Positions 17,412-22,926 of a stretch of DNA of 22,926 nucleotides are shown piece by piece. Origin of the DNA: Candidatus Latescibacterota bacterium (GTDB taxonomy: Bacteria > Latescibacterota > UBA2968 > GCA-2709665); contig CAXXJS010000022.1 in NCBI GenBank assembly GCA_963662665.2, positions 1 through 22,926 on the forward strand. The letters are read 5' to 3'. Position numbers and translations under genes: made by a program. Numbering within the stretch: position 1 is the first letter of the stretch; each line of letters opens with the position of its first letter. A model generated the notes under the pieces. It made no database searches and was not told the origin of the DNA. It saw only the letters and a list, made by a program, of their open reading frames with translations.

Positions 17412-18182
17412 ATGGAATCGGGACCGGTAACGGATTCACGGGATGAGAGCTACGAGGAGCGCATTCGATCCAGTACGCTCTCGGAGCTGGAGGATATGTA
17501 CGCGCACGTGGACCGCGGGGAGTATCCACACCGGGCTGATGATTTGCAGGCGGAGATCAGGAATCGGATATCGGGTCTGGAAAGTTTTCGCAACCGGCAG
17601 GCCCATCGGAACGTGGTTTGTGCGAGTCTCTTTCGACGCCTCTGGGCAAGCCTGATCGATCTTTTCATCCACCTCCTGATCCTGGGTGCGTTGATTCTGG
17701 CAGGACGATCCCTGTTCTTACTCGTCCCGAGTCTTGGAAACCAGGGGGCGCCGGCTTCCGCCTTCTCCGGTCGCCGGGGTCCGTCGCCGCTGCAGGAATT
17801 CGGCTCCAGTCTGCTGGCAGGGGATCCCGCGGCATGGAAGAATGGGGAGCAGTGGCTGCAAGTGGGTCTCTTCGTGCTTTGTTTCTTGAGTTACAGGGCG
17901 CTGCTGACTGTCCCGGCCTGGGGTCGTGCCGGGAGTACGCCGGGCATGCGAGAGGCGGGCATCAGGCTCACCCGACCAACGGGGGAACCCGTTGGTCGGG
18001 GGCGAGCGCTGATCCGGTTCTGGGGACAGTACGTGCTATTCGGGCTGACGTTGGGAGTGAGCGGAATATGGATGATCCGGGACAGGCGGGGACAGACGCT
18101 TCACGACAAATTGGCGGACACATGCGTGTTTCGGGAAGTCCGCACGTGGGAGAAGACGTACGAAGACCGTGTCTACGATTAG
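17412..18182 (+). CDS. RDD family membrane protein
   Basis: ASLFRRLWASLID, STPGMREAGIRL, RALIRF, RGQTLHDKLADTCV. GGAGAGG RBS, 21 nt after the RND stop. Confidence 0.85.
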   Translation: MESGPVTDSRDESYEERIRSSTLSELEDMYAHVDRGEYPHRADDLQAEIRNRISGLESFRNRQAHRNVVCASLFRRLWASLIDLFIHLLILGALILAGRSLFLLVPSLGNQGAPASAFSGRRGPSPLQEFGSSLLAGDPAAWKNGEQWLQVGLFVLCFLSYRALLTVPAWGRAGSTPGMREAGIRLTRPTGEPVGRGRALIRFWGQYVLFGLTLGVSGIWMIRDRRGQTLHDKLADTCVFREVRTWEKTYEDRVYD

Positions 18183-18207
18183 ACAACCGTGAATAGACGA
18201 TTTCAGG

Positions 18208-18236
18208 TTGCCTTTTGTCACATGTTTTGTTATACT
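18208..18236 (+). promoter_or_regulatory. sigma-70 promoter with extended -10
   Basis: TTGCCT (18208-18213), 17-nt spacer, TG-T-TATACT (-10 at 18231-18236). Confidence 0.65.
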
Positions 18237-18475
18237 GTCCTATCTTTTCCTTCACGGACTACGCCCTGCTGCCGCACGTATCTCCCACCATAATGTCAAT
18301 TCCTGGCCTCATTGAAACCCGGAAATTATCCGCCCGGATCCGGGTATCCACGCCCTTCCCGGCAGGTACCCGTGTCTGAAGAGAATCCTCGAAACTTTTG
18401 CTCGATTCATGCTGTCTAAACGTACTGATGGTTCCAGGAACGGGAGAACGTTTTCCAATTTGCAGGAGTCTCGTG

Positions 18476-18913
18476 ATGCGTAAGCGGGTCCCTAAGGCGA
18501 TTAGCTGTTTGCTTGCACTTGTGGTCGGCATAACGGCCGAACCGGTTCAGGCGAAGTCGTTCTTTACCTCCCGCCGGACGTTCGGCGTTTTATTTCTCGG
18601 CGGAAGCGCCGTAATGGCCAAGAAGGCCATTGATTTCCGGCAGGACGCCAACAGGACCTACGACGCCTACAGGCTCGCACGCACGTCGGAAGAAGCGTCG
18701 AGGTTGTACGACCGGACCGATGACTACGATACCAAGAGCAAGATGAGTGTCGGCCTGTCGGTCGTTCTGCTGGCCAGCGGGTTGCGCATGATCCTCTCAA
18801 GTGGAGTGGACGACACCGTTTCAACGAAACGGACAATGAAAAAGTTCAACGTGGATGTGAAGAGCGACGTTAACAAGAGAATGGTAGAAGTTGCCGTCAA
18901 GACGCACTTTTAG
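18476..18913 (+). CDS. exported hypothetical protein (signal peptide, hydrophobic hairpin, C-terminal Phe)
   Basis: AGGAG RBS. Signal peptide MRKRVPKAISCLLALVVGITAEPVQA, two Gly-rich hydrophobic segments, ends MVEVAVKTHF. Confidence 0.8.
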   Translation: MRKRVPKAISCLLALVVGITAEPVQAKSFFTSRRTFGVLFLGGSAVMAKKAIDFRQDANRTYDAYRLARTSEEASRLYDRTDDYDTKSKMSVGLSVVLLASGLRMILSSGVDDTVSTKRTMKKFNVDVKSDVNKRMVEVAVKTHF

Positions 18914-18974
18914 TCGAGCAGGACGGGGCCGTCAACCTGCGGCCGACAAATATCAGCAAATGAAGGAGTGGTAT

Positions 18975-21586
18975 ATGGCGCGCTGGAAATTCAACCCCCT
19001 CCGACTGGGGGTTTGGGGTATGCTGGCCATTGTCCTTGTGGGCGCGGGGACGTTGTGGACGGGAGCGGGAAAATCCGGTCGATCCGAATTTTCCCGGCGG
19101 CGAGGCGCTGAACCCGCCCGCAAACATCAGGGCGCAGGGTGACATCGGCCGCATCCTGTTATCCTGGGATGCCGTGAAGATCGACGATCTCGCGGGGTAT
19201 GGCGTATGGCGGGCTACGTCGGCCACAGGCGAGTATACCCGGCTGCGCGGTGAATCGAACGAGACGAATGTAACGACCGGTCGTACGGTCTTCGTGGACT
19301 CCACAATGGACGTTTCGGCGTCTAAAGTTCATTTCTACAGAGTCAACACGGTGAACGTCAACGGACAAACCAGCGAAATGTCCGCCTTTGTGAGCGCCGA
19401 AATACGTGAAGACAAAAGGGCGCCGGCGTCGCCAGCGAATCTTTCCGCAGTCAGAGACGACAATACCGGTCACGTAGCGCTTGTCTGGAATGCGCCCGAG
19501 AGCGGATGAGGGCGACCAGGACCTGACCGGTCTCGACGGTTACAGGATTTTCAGGGCAAAAGACACCGAGGACGCTTATGTTCTGATTGCCACGGTGCCG
19601 GGGGCACGGACCACGTTCACGGACACGACGCAGCTGGAGTTCGACGTCCGGTATTTTTACCAGGTTTCCGCAATCGACAGGTTCGATAACGAGAGCGCCC
19701 GTTCGCGCTCCGCGTCGGTTAACGCGGAGGATACCGGAATAGACGCGCCGGACGGCCTGCGTACCGTAAACAAGGTCGGCAAGATCGAGTTGCATTGGAA
19801 CCCTTCAACCGACGACAATCTTCTGGGCTATCTGGTGTTGCGGTCAACGTCCACGCAGGAGCCGTTTGAGCCGGTTTCGTCTAACGTTCCGTTTACCACG
19901 GCCCAGACCCTATATATCGATACGGATGTAACGGTCGACGTGGTCTATTTTTACCGGGTCAAGGCGGTCGTACAGAATCCCGATCGAGGTGTTGTCGTCG
20001 GCGACGCGTCGCCTTTTGTCGACGGGCAGGCCGAGGCCGATGAAAAATCCGCCGGCCGCGCCGTCGGACTTAAGCGTCAGCCTGGACGATGAAGATGCCG
20101 GCGCCGTACTGCTGAGTTGGGCGCCACCCACGAGAGACAACGATGGCGAAGACTTGACAGGGCTTTCCCATTACCGGGTCTTCCGATCCAAACAGACCGC
20201 CAGTTCTTTTGTGGAAGTGGCGCAGGTTCCCGGAACGGAGACCATGTTCCGGGGACGCCACCGTGGAGCCGTTAACGCTGTACTATTACACCGTTAACGC
20301 GGTTGACTTCGCGAAAAAACGGCGGACCCCGATCCACGGCGCTTTCCGTCAGCACACCTGGTCTTGCTACGCCTGCCCAGGTAACGGCCATTGCCGGCAA
20401 GGGAAAGATTACGCTTGCCTGGTCGCCGAATTCGGAACCGCAACTGACCGGTTATGAAGTGATGCGCTACAGCGACCCTCGACAACCGGACCCGCTGGCT
20501 ACGTTCAACACCATATGGCCCGCTTTAATAGATTCGCCTGTTGTCGGAGGCCAGATCTATGCATACCGCGTTCGCGCGTTGGGCTCGGGAGGACTAAAGA
20601 GCAGATTGTCGGATTTCGCGCTGGCTACCGTGTTAGACGACGACCTGGCGCCTGCGCCACCGGATTTTCCTGTACGCGAAATTGTCGGGTAATACAGACA
20701 TCGAGTTGAGTTGGCGTGCTTCCACAACCGACGAGGACGGTTCGGATCAAACCGGCCTTTCTCATTACAGGATCTACCGGTCGGAGGGCACAGGATCGGC
20801 AGGGTTTTGCGTGGATTGCAACCGTCGACTCGACAGTGCTGGGCTATCTGGATGACAACCTGGAAACGTCAACCGCGTACAACTACCACGTCCGGGCCAT
20901 TGACGCCGGTGGTAACGAGAGTAACGCATCCAGGACAGTGTCGTTGGAGACGGGTTCGACCGTAGAGGATGAACAGTCGCCCGCCCCCACCAGACTTCCT
21001 GTTCGCGAGATTATCCAGCAATGCGGCGGTTCAGCTGTCGTGGCGCGCATCCACAACCGACGAGGACGGTTCGGATCAAACCGGCCTTTCTCATTACAGG
21101 ATCTACCGGTCAGAGGGCACAGGATCGGCAGGGTTTGCGTGGATTGCAACCGTCGACTCGACAGTGCTGGGCTATCTGGATGACGACCTGGAGACGTCGA
21201 CCACGTACAACTACCACGTGCGAGCCATCGATGCCAGCGGAAATGAGAGCGAAGCTTCGAGTATGGTGTCATTGCAGACGGGCTCCGGCAGGGTAGTGGC
21301 GAGACCGACCGACGTCAGCGCCTTTGTACGAGAGCGTGAGGATGAAGGGCTTGTCGTTGTCGTCAGATGGAGGGCGCCCGTGGGCATTTCCAGATTCGGG
21401 GTTTATCGACGGAAGGCGAGCACCTCGTCGAGTGATCGATTTGAAACTGTAGCGTTTAGACTGCAGGGTACGACGTATATCGATACAGACGTCGACTCGG
21501 GTAACACCTATATCTATCGCATCGTATCTCTTGACGGATCAGCCTTCAGCGATCCCTCAGATTCCGTGGTTGTATTAATTCCGTAG
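18975..21586 (+). CDS. fibronectin type III repeat lipoprotein (~867 aa, 8 FN3 domains), broken by 8 apparent +1 frameshifts
   Basis: AAGGAG RBS then ATG 18975. Signal peptide then C-GRERENPVDP. Repeated FN3 signatures (PxxL..LxW..GYxIxR..YxD..YxYxVxAxD.GNES). Shifts near 19050, 19505, 20045, 20252, 20316, 20667, 20806 and 20986; 2612-8 = 2604 nt = 868 codons. Confidence 0.85.
20721..21184 (+). repeat. intragenic tandem duplication of one FN3 domain (period 329 nt as sequenced)
   Basis: 20721-20856 and 21050-21184 differ by one substitution and one extra T. The flanks are homologous but more diverged. Confidence 0.95.
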
Positions 21587-21613
21587 TGAACAGAACGTGT
21601 AGAATACATCGCC

Positions 21614-21655
21614 AACAGCAGAGCGTTTTCCCTTAAAACGCTCTGCTGTTTTATT
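21614..21655 (+). terminator. rho-independent terminator after the FN3 gene
   Basis: Perfect 16-bp stem AACAGCAGAGCGTTTT / AAAACGCTCTGCTGTT, 5-nt loop, followed by TTATT. Confidence 0.85.
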
Positions 21656-21869
21656 GGCGCCGGGCAATCGGAACGTGGATATTGTCAGTTCCGTATCACG
21701 TATCAGGCGTTCGTATCCCTGCCGTACGGCACACGTCAGGCCGAGGGTTCTCTGTCCTGTAATACACGACAGTCGTACGAAAACTGCTGGAAATCGATTC
21801 CGTGAATTCGTCAGATTAGCCTATGTAAAAATGGAACTTGGGGAAATTTCTCACTCGTTTTCTTCTTGT

Positions 21870-21885
21870 CGGTACGCGATTTGCA
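21870..21885 (+). promoter_or_regulatory. sigma-54 (-24/-12) promoter
   Basis: CGGTACG-CGAT-TTGCA against consensus TGGCACG-N4-TTGCW, with exact GG-N10-GC spacing, about 55 nt upstream of ATG 21939. Confidence 0.65.
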
Positions 21886-21938
21886 TAGCCACCGGGAGTT
21901 CACAGGCGGTGTCCCGGTTAAAAAATGGAGGAGGGTCG

Positions 21939-22926
21939 ATGCAGCGCGTGCTTCTGGTGGATGGCGATATGCAATTCAGAAAGGAAATGAAGGACCGTTT
22001 GAAGCGACGGGGGGTGAGTGTCGCGTGCGCCGGAACTGCACGGGAAGGCTTGAGGATGTACAGGCGCGGCCGCCCGGCGTGCGTGTTCGCCGAGGCCGAA
22101 CTACCCGACGGGGACGGTTTCCCGGTCCTCGAGGAAGCGCACCGGCAAAACTCCGGTGGTTATGGTAAGCGAGGGATTTTCCCCCGACCAGGTGTTTTTC
22201 GGCCATCTCGGGCGGCGCCTACGACTGTTTGTCCAAGCCAGTGGATGATCCGACGTTGGACGGATTGTTGTATCGGCTGCGCAGGGAGCAGAACCCCGTA
22301 CCTGCAGATGCAGGTATGATCGAATCCGGTTCAGACGTAGATGGCGAGATGGTGGTGGGGCGTTCCCAAAAAATGATCGAGGCGTTAAAAACGGTGGCAG
22401 CGGTAGCGGACAGTTCGGCAACGATCCTGGTCTGCGGGGAAAGCGGCACCGGAAAGGAACTGATGGCCAGGGCGATCCATCGGGCTTCACGCAGACCGGG
22501 GGCGTTCGTGGCCGTCAATTGCGTGGCCGTAATGGAGAACCCTCACCGAGAGTGAATTGTTCGGGCATGAGCGCGGCGCATTCACGGGCGCCGCCGGTCG
22601 ACGTGCCGGTTGTTTTGTACAGGCCAGCCATGGTACGCTGTTTCTGGACGAGATCGGAGATGCGCTGCCATCGTTTCAGGCCAAACTGTTGCGTGTGCTG
22701 GACCAGGTTGAATTCCGCCGTGTGGGCGGACAGGAATCGATCCGTCCGGACGTGAGGGTGGTTGCGGCCACGAACGCCGACCTGGAGCAACTGGTGGCGA
22801 AGGGGAAATTCCGGGCGGACCTCTATTACAGGTTAAGCGAAGTGACCGTTCAGTTGCCGCCGCTGCGAGATCGCCTGTCGGACATACCCTTGCTTGCGGG
22901 CCGGATGTTGAACGACCTCCGGCGCC
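21939..22926 (+). CDS. NtrC-family sigma-54-dependent activator (receiver + AAA+), 3'-truncated by the window, 3 apparent +1 frameshifts
   Basis: GGAGGAGG RBS. Receiver ([21 protein letters not shown]), Walker [56 protein letters not shown]. Shifts near 22148, 22197 and 22541. Confidence 0.92.

Noticed and set aside
20721-21290. Diversity-generating retroelement template/variable repeat pair
   Set aside because: Differences are not adenine-specific (many C/T and C/G synonymous changes), both copies are coding within one gene, and there is no reverse transcriptase.
18975-21586. Phase variation or programmed frameshifting in the FN3 gene
   Set aside because: The runs are short (2-6 nt), eight simultaneous shifts would be needed, and unrelated genes nearby show the same +1 pattern.

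Overview
GC-rich bacterial chromosomal window from a diderm. Gene style suggests Latescibacterota or a similar uncultured lineage (inference only). Left part: a + strand catabolic cluster (CocE/NonD-type serine hydrolase, parallel beta-helix protein, 77-aa hypothetical, nitrilase-superfamily hydrolase, two Gfo/Idh/MocA oxidoreductases) converging on a - strand pair (101-aa hypothetical and an FG-GAP/PL11-like beta-propeller). Right part: a + strand envelope block (cellulose-synthase-like GT2, tonB-exbB-exbD, RND adaptor and permease with no outer-membrane factor, RDD protein, exported protein, ~867-aa lipoprotein with 8 FN3 domains), then a sigma-54 activator that runs off the window. Three genes near the window ends carry 14 frameshifts, 13 of them +1, most likely sequencing errors. 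Most notable signals: a MITE-like repeat between stop codons and downstream RBSs (including between exbB and exbD); a sigma-54 activator with an Asp-to-Glu receiver behind its own -24/-12 promoter; a near-identical internal duplication in the FN3 gene; and extra segments in both RND subunits. No RNA genes, CRISPR array, transposase or phage genes were recognised, and no new system is established by sequence alone.
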